From positions 1,512-65,511 of the forward strand of contig DUEL01000005.1 in assembly GCA_011192125.1 (NCBI GenBank): a stretch of DNA of 64,000 bases, read 5' to 3'. The position numbers were made by a program, and so were the translations under genes. The stretch is from Thermoflexia bacterium (GTDB lineage: Bacteria; Chloroflexota; Anaerolineae; B4-G1; DUEL01). The notes below the pieces were generated by a model that was not told the origin of the DNA, searched no databases, and saw only the letters and a list, made by a program, of their open reading frames with translations. Below, one piece after another: positions 28,700 to 36,852 of the stretch; the first letter of the stretch is position 1, and each line of letters starts with the position of its first letter.

Positions 28700-28727
28700 A
28701 TTGTAGCAAATCCTTCCGAGATGTCAA
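28700..28727 (-). promoter_or_regulatory. Promoter TTGACA-N16-TACAAT driving the glycine riboswitch
   Basis: Exact -35, near-consensus -10, about 35 nt upstream of the aptamer 1 P1 stem. Confidence 0.5.
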
Positions 28728-28774
28728 AGCCCGGAGTTGCCCCTCCACGATAAGCATACTAAAATCACACCGAA

Positions 28775-29587
28775 ATGGCAAACAGGTATCCACTTGCGAC
28801 CTGGCGACTCGTCCTCTCCCCCCCGGCCGACGGGGCCACCCATATGGCGGTGGACGAGGCGATCTGGGAGGCCGTCGCTGTCGGTCGGGCTCCCCCCACC
28901 CTACGCCTCTACTCCTGGTCGCCCCCCTGTCTCTCGCTGGGGCGCAACCAGCCCGTGACGACGGTCAATCGGCAGGCCCTGCGGGAACGGGGATACGACC
29001 TGGTCCGCCGTCCCACCGGCGGGCAGGCCGTCCTCCACATCGACGAACTGACCTACAGCGTGATCCTCCCCCTCTCCGACCCCCGTGCCCAGGGAGGCAT
29101 CCTGGAAAGTTGTGAGCGCCTCAGCGCCGGGCTGGTCCGCGCTCTGGAAATCCTCGGCGTGGCGGGAGCCGTCGCCCGCCGCCGTCCCCACCCCCCTCAG
29201 GCCCGCGGCCCGGTCTGCTTCGAGACTACCGCCGACTTCGAGGTCGCCGTCGGCGGAAGGAAACTGATCGGCAGCGCGCAGCGCCGAGGGCGCGGGACCC
29301 TCCTCCAGCATGGCGCGCTCCCCCTCTGGGGGGACATCACCCGCATCTGCCCCCTCCTCGTCCCCCCGGCGGACCCCCAGCGAGTGGCCGCACGCGCCAC
29401 GACGCTGGAGGCGGTCCTTAGTCACCGTATCTCTTGGGAGAGGGCTGCGGAGGCGATGATAGAAGGATTCGCCCAGGCACTGAACCTCCGCCTGGAACCC
29501 GACGGACTGACGCCGGAGGAGCGCCAGCGTGTCGAGCAACTCCGGCAGGAGAAGTACGCCAGCGAAGGGTGGACCAGCCTGGTCTAG
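28775..29587 (+). CDS. Lipoate-protein ligase / octanoyltransferase (BPL_LplA_LipB family)
   Basis: LYSWSPPCLSLGRNQ, RRPTGGQAVLH, the conserved Lys region, and GRKLIGSAQRR. A possible leaderless start: TAAAAT -10 ends 9 nt before the ATG. Confidence 0.75.
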   Translation: MANRYPLATWRLVLSPPADGATHMAVDEAIWEAVAVGRAPPTLRLYSWSPPCLSLGRNQPVTTVNRQALRERGYDLVRRPTGGQAVLHIDELTYSVILPLSDPRAQGGILESCERLSAGLVRALEILGVAGAVARRRPHPPQARGPVCFETTADFEVAVGGRKLIGSAQRRGRGTLLQHGALPLWGDITRICPLLVPPADPQRVAARATTLEAVLSHRISWERAAEAMIEGFAQALNLRLEPDGLTPEERQRVEQLRQEKYASEGWTSLV

Positions 29588-29588
29588 T

Positions 29589-29632
29589 CGACCACAGAGG
29601 GACAGAGTTTTTCTCTGTGTCTCTGTGGTGGA
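29589..29632. repeat. Family-A repeat (short full copy) between convergent genes
   Basis: accacagagggacagag-tttttct-ctgtgtctctgtggtgg. Confidence 0.65.
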
Positions 29633-30502
29633 TTACGGTCCAAGCACGATGACGTTGATCACCGTGGGCAGAACGACGTGGTTGCCCCCCGTGGCGAGCG
29701 GGACCCGCGCCTGTGGCGCTCCGGCGAGGTAGAGGCCGACGGCGAGCCGGGCCTCTCCGGTGTACGCCGCTCCCTCCTCGTTGAACACCAGCACGTGGGG
29801 GTCGACGATCACCTCCCCGGCGACCCACCCGGTCGTCGGCCGGGCCCCACCGGCAGGAGGACCGTCGTGCTGGGCGATGAGCCGTCCGTCCGGCGTTAGC
29901 AAGTGGGTGAAAACGACGTATTCGGCCGTCGCCGCGCCCTCCAGCGCCCGCCAGTACAGGGTCAAAGCGACCCCCTCACCGCTGGTCACCTGGTCGTTCG
30001 CCAGGTCGTACCCCACCAGTTCGGCCACATCGCCGAAGCGCGCGCCCACCGGAATCGAAGGCAGGCCCTCTCCGGCCTGAGCCGCTGGCGTGCTTGTCGG
30101 CGGCTCCGTGGGGAGAGCGGTCGGCGGCGGGGGAGGGGGAACCGTCGGAGGAAGGGTCGGCAGTTCTCCCGCCACCGGTGTGGCCGTCGGTGTGGGAGAG
30201 GGGATCGGCGTCAACCCAAACGAAACCTCGGGCGTGGGAGAGGGCTCCAGGTTGGGCAGGGCGCGGGGGATGAAGTACGTCTGCAGGAGGAACACCGCCA
30301 CCCCGACCAGCACGAACCCCAAAGCGGTCCCCCACAGCCGGTTAGCCTGGGCGGTGATCATCTCCCGTTCGAAGGTGGTCAGACTGGCTCCCAACCGCTG
30401 CTGGACGGCAAGGGCCCGAAAGAGGTAGATAAGGGCCCCCAGCCCGCAGACAGCGTAGATGATCCAGGAGAAATCGATCAGCCAGGCCAGGAGGACCTTC
30501 AT
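29633..30502 (-). CDS. Membrane-anchored hypothetical with a Pro/Thr-rich linker and a C-terminal beta-rich domain
   Basis: Two N-terminal TM helices; PTPTATP/PPPPPP linker. Confidence 0.5.
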   Translation of the reverse strand: MKVLLAWLIDFSWIIYAVCGLGALIYLFRALAVQQRLGASLTTFEREMITAQANRLWGTALGFVLVGVAVFLLQTYFIPRALPNLEPSPTPEVSFGLTPIPSPTPTATPVAGELPTLPPTVPPPPPPTALPTEPPTSTPAAQAGEGLPSIPVGARFGDVAELVGYDLANDQVTSGEGVALTLYWRALEGAATAEYVVFTHLLTPDGRLIAQHDGPPAGGARPTTGWVAGEVIVDPHVLVFNEEGAAYTGEARLAVGLYLAGAPQARVPLATGGNHVVLPTVINVIVLGP

Positions 30503-31341
30503 AGTCGCCTCAACACCCCCCGGACGATGGTCTCGAGGCGCGGGGCTAGCAACCGACCAGCCTCCAATACCTCTTCGTGGGTCGTCTCCGCCGCTGGCTC
30601 ATCCTCTCCCGTCAGGACGTTGCTGATGCCGGAGATGCCCAACACCCGCATCCCTCCGTGCCGGGCGACGATCACCTCCGGCACAGTGGACATCCCCACC
30701 GCGTCCGCTCCGATCATCCGGAGGAAACGGACGTCGGCCGGGGTCTCAAAGTTGGGACCCGCCAGGCAGACGTAGACCCCTTCGTGCACGGGGATCCCGG
30801 CCTCCCGCGCTACCTGCAGCGCCAGGGCCCGCAGCGCTGGGTCGTAGGCACGGGTCATATCCGGAAAGCGCGGGCCAAACCGATCCAGGTTCGGCCCCCG
30901 CAGCGGACTCTGCCCTGCCATGCCAATCAGGTTGATGTGGTCCCGAATGATCATCACGTCCGCAGGACTGAAACCCGGATTCAGGCCACCAGCGGCGTTG
31001 GTCACGATCAGCGTCTCCACCCCCAGGACCTGCATCACCCGAATGGGGAGGGTCAACCGGGCCATCGAGTACCCCTCGTAGTAATGGGCCCGGCCCTGCA
31101 TCACCATCACCGTCTGTCCTTCAAGGCGACCGATCACCAGCCGCCCCGCGTGCCCCTCGACGGTGACCTGGGGGAAATGGGGGATCTCCGTGTAGGGGAT
31201 TACCGCCGCCGCCTCGACCGCCTCCGCCACCCCGCCAAGACCGGAGCCCAGGATGATGCCAACCTGCGGAAGGTCGGTCAGGGGCCGCCGGACCGCCGCC
31301 GCCGCCTCTTCGATCGTCTCCATCGTCACGAACTCTTTCAC
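30499..31341 (-). CDS. Purine nucleoside phosphorylase (PNP family I)
   Basis: GIILGSGLG, VTNAAGGLN, ISGISN motifs. Confidence 0.85.
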   Translation of the reverse strand: MKEFVTMETIEEAAAAVRRPLTDLPQVGIILGSGLGGVAEAVEAAAVIPYTEIPHFPQVTVEGHAGRLVIGRLEGQTVMVMQGRAHYYEGYSMARLTLPIRVMQVLGVETLIVTNAAGGLNPGFSPADVMIIRDHINLIGMAGQSPLRGPNLDRFGPRFPDMTRAYDPALRALALQVAREAGIPVHEGVYVCLAGPNFETPADVRFLRMIGADAVGMSTVPEVIVARHGGMRVLGISGISNVLTGEDEPAAETTHEEVLEAGRLLAPRLETIVRGVLRRL

Positions 31342-31358
31342 GCGCTCCCTCCCCCTCT

Positions 31359-31862
31359 CTAGTCCTCCGCTCCCCCACCGAGAGTCAGTTCTCCCTTGGC
31401 TGTCAGAATCGCCGCCTTGAGCCGGATCGGGTGGGCCACCCGCCGGAACTTATCCACCCCTGTCTCCGTACCGGAGATGATCCGCAGGTCGCCGTAGTCC
31501 AGGATCCGCCCCAGGAAACTCTGCTGGAGCACGAGGTCGTTGACCTTCTCCAGCGAGGTGTCCGAGACGTACTTGTCGAACGTGCCCCGCACGTCGATCA
31601 CCCGTCGATTGGTGACGATGTACTGCTCGCTCCGCCATCGGATGAACTGGATCACAAAGTGGATCACAGGGACCACAAGCAGCAGGAGAAGTAGGAGGGA
31701 TAACTGCACTTGAAGGAAGACCACCCCAGCCACAGCGAGGGCGACGATCACGATAGCGACCCCAAGGTCGACCAAGATGGTCGGTAGCAACGCCAGCCAG
31801 TGGCGTCGGGTCACAAAGAGGATCCTCTCCCCTGGAATCAACAGTTTCTCTACATATCCCAT
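31359..31862 (-). CDS. Bacterial PH-domain (bPH_2, YdbS/YdbT-like) membrane protein
   Basis: Two TM helices followed by YIVTNRRVI...G...DV PH-like domain. Confidence 0.7.
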   Translation of the reverse strand: MGYVEKLLIPGERILFVTRRHWLALLPTILVDLGVAIVIVALAVAGVVFLQVQLSLLLLLLLVVPVIHFVIQFIRWRSEQYIVTNRRVIDVRGTFDKYVSDTSLEKVNDLVLQQSFLGRILDYGDLRIISGTETGVDKFRRVAHPIRLKAAILTAKGELTLGGGAED

Positions 31863-31984
31863 CGGACATCTCCTTCTGAATTCTGACGGAGGTCGATCTG
31901 CGGCTTTCCCATTATATCGGGTTCGCCCTTCCCCACAAGCGGTTTACACTGACCTTTGGACAGGAGTGCGGACGCCGAGCGCGA

Positions 31985-32110
31985 CTGCCTCCTCTCGCCT
32001 GGTCCAGCACGGCTCTTCAAGCCAGTGCTGGACCGATTTCCCGCCAGCCCCGCCTGTTCACGGCGAGGCGGATTGGGCACGCCCGAACTCCTGTCCAAGC
32101 TCCAAATTTA
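31985..32110 (+). repeat. Family-B two-hairpin repeat element (copy 2)
   Basis: ctggtccagcacggctcttcaagccagtgctggaccgatttcccgccagccccgcctgttcacggcgaggcggattgggcacgcccgaactcctgtccaag. Confidence 0.65.
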
Positions 32111-33175
32111 CAGGATCAACATCGCATCCCCGAAACTGTAGAAGCGGTAACGGAGTCGGATCGCCTCCTGATACGCCCTATCCATCAGTTCCTTCCCGCA
32201 GAAGGCGGCCACCAGCATCAGAAGGGTCGATCGAGGGAGGTGGAAATTGGTGATCAACACGTCCACTACACGAAAGCGAAAGCCCGGGTAGATGAAAAGG
32301 TCGGTGTTCCCCTCGAAGGCCGCCACTGTCCGCCATCCGCAGCACTCATCATCCGGCAGCCCCTCGGCCGCCTTCAGCGCCGCCGTCTCCAGCACCCGCA
32401 CCGAGGTGGTCCCCACAGCCACGATCCGTCCCCCCTCCAACCTCGTCCGATTGATCTGCTCGGCCACCTCCGGCCGGAGGGAGCAGTACTCGGTATGCAT
32501 CCGGTGATCCTCCACCCGCTCTTCCCGCACCGGCTGGAACGTATCCAACCCCACGTGCAGGGTGACGAAGGCCAGCCGGACGCCCATCTCCCGCAGCCGG
32601 TGGAGGAGTTCCGGCGTGAAGTGGAGCCCGGCAGTGGGCGCAGCCGCCGAACCGGGGGTCCGGGCAAAGACGGTCTGATACCGCTCGGGGTCGCGCAGCG
32701 GCTCGTGGATGTAGGGGGGCAACGGTACCCGCCCCACCTCCTCCGCCAGGGAAAGGACCGGACGGTCGAAACGGAGCACTCGCAGGCCCCGCTCTCCCTC
32801 CTCGACGACCTCCGCCTCCGCCCCGACCGGCTCCCCCTCCGGTCCCTCCAGGATCGCCAGCCGTAGCCCCGCCCGCACCCGACGCCCCCGCACCAGGACC
32901 TCCCAAACCGTCTCGGACCGGGGCCGGAGGAGCAACACCTCCACCTGCCCGCCGGTCGGCTTGCGGGCGAACATCCGGGCCGGAATGACCCGGCTCTCGT
33001 TGAAGACCAGGAGGTCGCCGGGCCGCAGGTACTCCGGCAGGTCCCGAAACCGCCGGTGGGCCAGCGCCCCCGTCGACCGATCCACCACCATCAGCCGCGC
33101 GGCGTCTCGCGGCTCGACGGGGGTCTGGGCGATCAACTCCGGCGGAAGGTCGTAATCAAAATCGGCGGTCCTCAC
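32108..33175 (-). CDS. queA: S-adenosylmethionine:tRNA ribosyltransferase-isomerase
   Basis: DFDYDLPPELIAQ...LLVFNESRVIPAR; full-length family match. Confidence 0.9.
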   Translation of the reverse strand: MRTADFDYDLPPELIAQTPVEPRDAARLMVVDRSTGALAHRRFRDLPEYLRPGDLLVFNESRVIPARMFARKPTGGQVEVLLLRPRSETVWEVLVRGRRVRAGLRLAILEGPEGEPVGAEAEVVEEGERGLRVLRFDRPVLSLAEEVGRVPLPPYIHEPLRDPERYQTVFARTPGSAAAPTAGLHFTPELLHRLREMGVRLAFVTLHVGLDTFQPVREERVEDHRMHTEYCSLRPEVAEQINRTRLEGGRIVAVGTTSVRVLETAALKAAEGLPDDECCGWRTVAAFEGNTDLFIYPGFRFRVVDVLITNFHLPRSTLLMLVAAFCGKELMDRAYQEAIRLRYRFYSFGDAMLIL

Positions 33176-33182
33176 CCCAGAC

Positions 33183-33416
33183 TCACTTGTTCAACAACCG
33201 GGCGATGACGTTCAGCACGATCGTCAGCAAGATGCTCAGGAGGATCGAGCCTAACACAGGAACGACGCAGGTAAATCCCGGCCGCTCGATGCGGATGGTG
33301 CCGGGGAACTCGCTCAGGCCCGGAAAGCGGGCCAGCAACCAGATAAGCCCTCCGACGACGATCATCGTCAGACCGCCGAGGATCAGCATCTTGCCAGCCC
33401 ACTCAAAACCTTCCAT
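33183..33416 (-). CDS. Small two-TM protein, DUF2905-like
   Basis: LILGGLTMIVVGGLIWLL...FPGTIRIERPGF...LLSILLTIVLNV. Confidence 0.5.
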   Translation of the reverse strand: MEGFEWAGKMLILGGLTMIVVGGLIWLLARFPGLSEFPGTIRIERPGFTCVVPVLGSILLSILLTIVLNVIARLLNK

Positions 33417-33596
33417 ATCCCTCTCTCCTGAAAAATCCCCCATCCAGTCCTGACACTTCGGAAGGAAACCTCCCGCAGGTTCCCTACGGCGCACCCGAGC
33501 GCGCCGTAAAGGGTACCCTGGCTGGTCACTTGCGCTGTCAAGCCGTGCATTAACCTGCGGGAGGTTGGTAAACTGTCAGGTAGCCAGATCTCCCAT

Positions 33597-34616
33597 CTAA
33601 AACAGGGTGGGTTGCTCCGCCCGATCGTAGGGTATCCCCAGATGCTCGTAGGCCCGCACCGTGGCAACGCGGCCACGAGGGGTCCGTTCCAGGAAGCCGA
33701 TCTGGAGGAGATACGGCTCCACCACGTCCATCACCGTGTCCGCCTCCTCGCTCACCGCTGCCGCGATGGTATCCAGCCCCACCGGTCCCCCGCCGAACTT
33801 CTCGATGATGGTGCGCAGGACCTGTCGGTCCAGTTCGTCCAGCCCCATCTCGTCCACCTCCATCAGCGAGAGCGCCTCCTGGGCCACCTCCCGCGTGATC
33901 CGGCCGTCGGAGCGGACCTGGGCATAGTCCCGCACCCGCTTCAGGAGGCGCAGCGCGACGCGGGGCGTGCCCCGCCCCCGCCGGGCGATCTCCGCCGCGC
34001 CCCCCTCGTCCAGCGCCACCCCCAGCACCCGCGCCGCCCGTCGGACGATGGCCTCCATCGAAGCCTGGTCGTAGAAATCCACCCGGAAGATCGCCCCGAA
34101 CCGGGCACGGAGGGGGGCCGTCAGCAGGGCCAGGCGGGTCGTGGCCCCCACGACGGTAAAACGGGGCAGTTTCAGCCGGATGGACCGAGCGCTGGGTCCC
34201 TTGCCCACCACCAGGTCGAGCATGAAGTCCTCCATCGCCGGATAGAGGATCTCCTCCACCGCTCGGTTCAGCCGGTGAATCTCGTCGATGAAAAGGACCT
34301 CCTTCTCTCGCAGGTTGCTGAGGATGGCCGCGAGGTCCCCGGCCCGTTCGATGGCGGGACCGGAGGTAACGCGGATCGGGACCCCCATTTCGCGGGCGAT
34401 GATGTGGGCCAGGGTGGTCTTCCCCAGGCCCGGCGGGCCGTAGAAGAGGACGTGGTCCAGCGGTTCCCCCCGCTGCCGGGCCGCCTCGATCAGGATGGAG
34501 AGGTTCTCCCGCACCCGATCCTGCCCGATCAGGTCGGCCAGCCGCTGGGGGCGCAAGGCCTGGTCCAGTTGCACCTCCCCCGGTCGGGAGGTCGGTGAGA
34601 TCAATCGCTCATCCAT
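33597..34616 (-). CDS. ruvB: Holliday junction ATP-dependent DNA helicase RuvB
   Basis: Walker [10 protein letters not shown], Walker B FIDEIHR, and the winged-helix C-terminus. Confidence 0.92.
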   Translation of the reverse strand: MDERLISPTSRPGEVQLDQALRPQRLADLIGQDRVRENLSILIEAARQRGEPLDHVLFYGPPGLGKTTLAHIIAREMGVPIRVTSGPAIERAGDLAAILSNLREKEVLFIDEIHRLNRAVEEILYPAMEDFMLDLVVGKGPSARSIRLKLPRFTVVGATTRLALLTAPLRARFGAIFRVDFYDQASMEAIVRRAARVLGVALDEGGAAEIARRGRGTPRVALRLLKRVRDYAQVRSDGRITREVAQEALSLMEVDEMGLDELDRQVLRTIIEKFGGGPVGLDTIAAAVSEEADTVMDVVEPYLLQIGFLERTPRGRVATVRAYEHLGIPYDRAEQPTLF

Positions 34617-34664
34617 TGCGGAGGAATTATACCGGGATTGAGGAGGAAGGGGAAGTCGACCGGT

Positions 34665-36335
34665 TCAGGGCCCGCCCGCCTGGCTGATGATCACCCGTTT
34701 CGTCGCTACGTACCACCGGTTGACCGTCGCGAACCGGTCCGAGGGGTACATCAACGGCCCAATCTGTACTCCCTTGACCTTGTTGCTCACGCCGTAAGTA
34801 TAGACCGGATGGAAGAGCAGAATGGCAGGCACCTCGTCGGCAAACACCTGCTGAAACTCCCGATAGAGGTCGATCCGCTGCTGCCGATCCGTCACGATGC
34901 GGGCCGTCTCGATGATCTCGCTGATCCGCCGGTGATCGAGCCCGGCGTAGTTCTGCCCCTGGGTGATCTCCGTCTGATGCCACAACGGGTACGGATCGGG
35001 GTCGCCCGGCAACGCCAGATCCACCAACGCCGCCTGATACGACCGCTGCTCCAGCGCATCCCGTACGTCCACAGGACCGGTGGTCACAACGGTGACCCCG
35101 ATACCCAGTTCCCCCCATTGGCGGGCGACCTCCTCGGCGATCGCCTCGCGCAGGGGATCGGTGGAGGCCAAGAGTTCGAACGAAAGGGGCCGACCATCCT
35201 TGGTTCGGACGCCACCCTGAGGTGGCAACGTCCATCCGGCCTCGTCCAGGAGCGCCTGTGCCTGCTCTGGGTCATAGTCGTACCGACGGATCTGTGGGTC
35301 GTAAGCCCACGTCCCCGCGACGATGGGGCTGTGGGCCACGATCGCCTGCCCGTCCAGCAGATCCTGAACGATCGCCTGACGATCCAGCCCGTACAGGAGA
35401 GCCTGCCGCACCTCCACCTCTTGGAAGAATGGAAGATCGTCGGCTTTCAGCAGGTTGAGGTAGATCAGTGAGTATTGGGCCAACTGAGCCGAGTAGAGGT
35501 TTAGATCATCGTCCTGCCGGGCCTCCGGGAGGTCCTGCAACTCTACCCGCCCCACCCCCTCCACATCGCCGTTCCGGTACGCCCGAAAGGCGGTGGAGTA
35601 CGAAGGGTAGAAGCGGAACCGGAAGTAATCCACCAGGGGACCGGGTCGGAAATACCGGCGGTTACGCTCCAGAAGAACGGACCGGATCTCCCCATCCGCC
35701 GTCTCCACCTCTACCACCTGGAAGGGTCCCGTCCCTACCGGCTTCAAGTTGAACTCCAGCGCGGGGAGATCCGCGCTGGAAACTCCTTCGAGCAGATGGG
35801 CCGGGAGGAGGCCGATGGTCGTGTAGTCGAGAAAAGGGGCGAAGGGTTCGGGAAGGATCATCCGCACCGTGTAGTCGTCCACCTTCGCGATCTTGACCGT
35901 CCGCCACAGCGCACCGACGTCGGGCGGCCCCGGATAGTCGGGGGCCTGGAGAAGCCGGACCGTAAACACGACGTCGTCGGCTGTGAACGGCACCCCGTCG
36001 TGCCAGTAGACGTTGTCACGAAGGTGGAAAACATAGGTCAGCCCATCCAGAGAGACCTCCCAGGACTCCGCCAGGTCTGGCACCACATCGCCCTGCCCGT
36101 TGAACCGAGTCAGGCCATTGAAGACCAGAGCACACAGGTCCCGATCCGCTTCGTTATACGCGCTGAGAAGCGGGTTGATGTAGTGGGGAACGCCGGCGAC
36201 GCCCTCCACATAGGTCCCACCGGCGGTCGGAACCTGCGTCGTGGTATAGGTCAACGCCAGATAGGTCAAGAGGATGGCCACCAGGGCCATCCCCACGCCG
36301 ATGAGCAGTACCTGCCAGCGGACGGTCCTTCGCAT
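34665..36335 (-). CDS. ABC transporter substrate-binding protein, family 5 (peptide/nickel)
   Basis: Signal anchor; SBP_bac_5 signature region ...NPL...D..L.FNGL....G.VVPDLAESWEVS.DG.TY.F.LR..V.WHDG. Confidence 0.85.
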   Translation of the reverse strand: MRRTVRWQVLLIGVGMALVAILLTYLALTYTTTQVPTAGGTYVEGVAGVPHYINPLLSAYNEADRDLCALVFNGLTRFNGQGDVVPDLAESWEVSLDGLTYVFHLRDNVYWHDGVPFTADDVVFTVRLLQAPDYPGPPDVGALWRTVKIAKVDDYTVRMILPEPFAPFLDYTTIGLLPAHLLEGVSSADLPALEFNLKPVGTGPFQVVEVETADGEIRSVLLERNRRYFRPGPLVDYFRFRFYPSYSTAFRAYRNGDVEGVGRVELQDLPEARQDDDLNLYSAQLAQYSLIYLNLLKADDLPFFQEVEVRQALLYGLDRQAIVQDLLDGQAIVAHSPIVAGTWAYDPQIRRYDYDPEQAQALLDEAGWTLPPQGGVRTKDGRPLSFELLASTDPLREAIAEEVARQWGELGIGVTVVTTGPVDVRDALEQRSYQAALVDLALPGDPDPYPLWHQTEITQGQNYAGLDHRRISEIIETARIVTDRQQRIDLYREFQQVFADEVPAILLFHPVYTYGVSNKVKGVQIGPLMYPSDRFATVNRWYVATKRVIISQAGGP

Positions 36336-36401
36336 CTGGCTCTGCCTTCAGGCAAACGAAGAGGGCCCCGGTCAACCCGGAGCCCCGATTTTCTCTGGGA
36401 T

Positions 36402-36635
36402 TTACCCCAGAGACTCGGCAACCAGCGCGTTGACGAGGGCGATGATAAAGAAGACCACGGAGAGGACGATGGAGATGATGAACAACGTCTTCTCTACGCC
36501 TCGCCGCTTGCGGCGGAACGAGGTCTGCGTACCACCAAACACGCCGCCAAGACCGCTGCTCTGCGTCTGCACGACGATGACGACGATCAGCGCAACACCG
36601 ACGATGATCTGTGCGATATTGAGATAAGTAGCCAT
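36402..36635 (-). CDS. secG: Preprotein translocase subunit SecG
   Basis: 77 aa, two TM helices, Gly-rich GLGGVFGG loop. Confidence 0.8.
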   Translation of the reverse strand: MATYLNIAQIIVGVALIVVIVVQTQSSGLGGVFGGTQTSFRRKRRGVEKTLFIISIVLSVVFFIIALVNALVAESLG

Positions 36636-36754
36636 TCCTCCACTTTACCCCCAGACGAATGCCGATGCATTATATCACGGTCCAGGTCACCGGACAAGTT
36701 AAGGAGGCTGACCTTTCGGACAGGGGTTCGGACATCGGGTGTGAGGCTCCTTCT

Positions 36755-36840
36755 CGGCGGGTCTAGCACCGGTTCTTCAGACCGGTGCTAGGCCGATTTC
36801 CCGCCGGCCCCGCCTGCTTACGGCGGGGCTGGTAAGGTGA
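36755..36840 (+). repeat. Family-B two-hairpin repeat element (copy 3)
   Basis: gggtctagcaccggttcttcagaccggtgctaggccgatttcccgccggccccgcctgcttacggcggggc. Confidence 0.6.
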
Positions 36841-36852
36841 CCGCCCCCTCAC

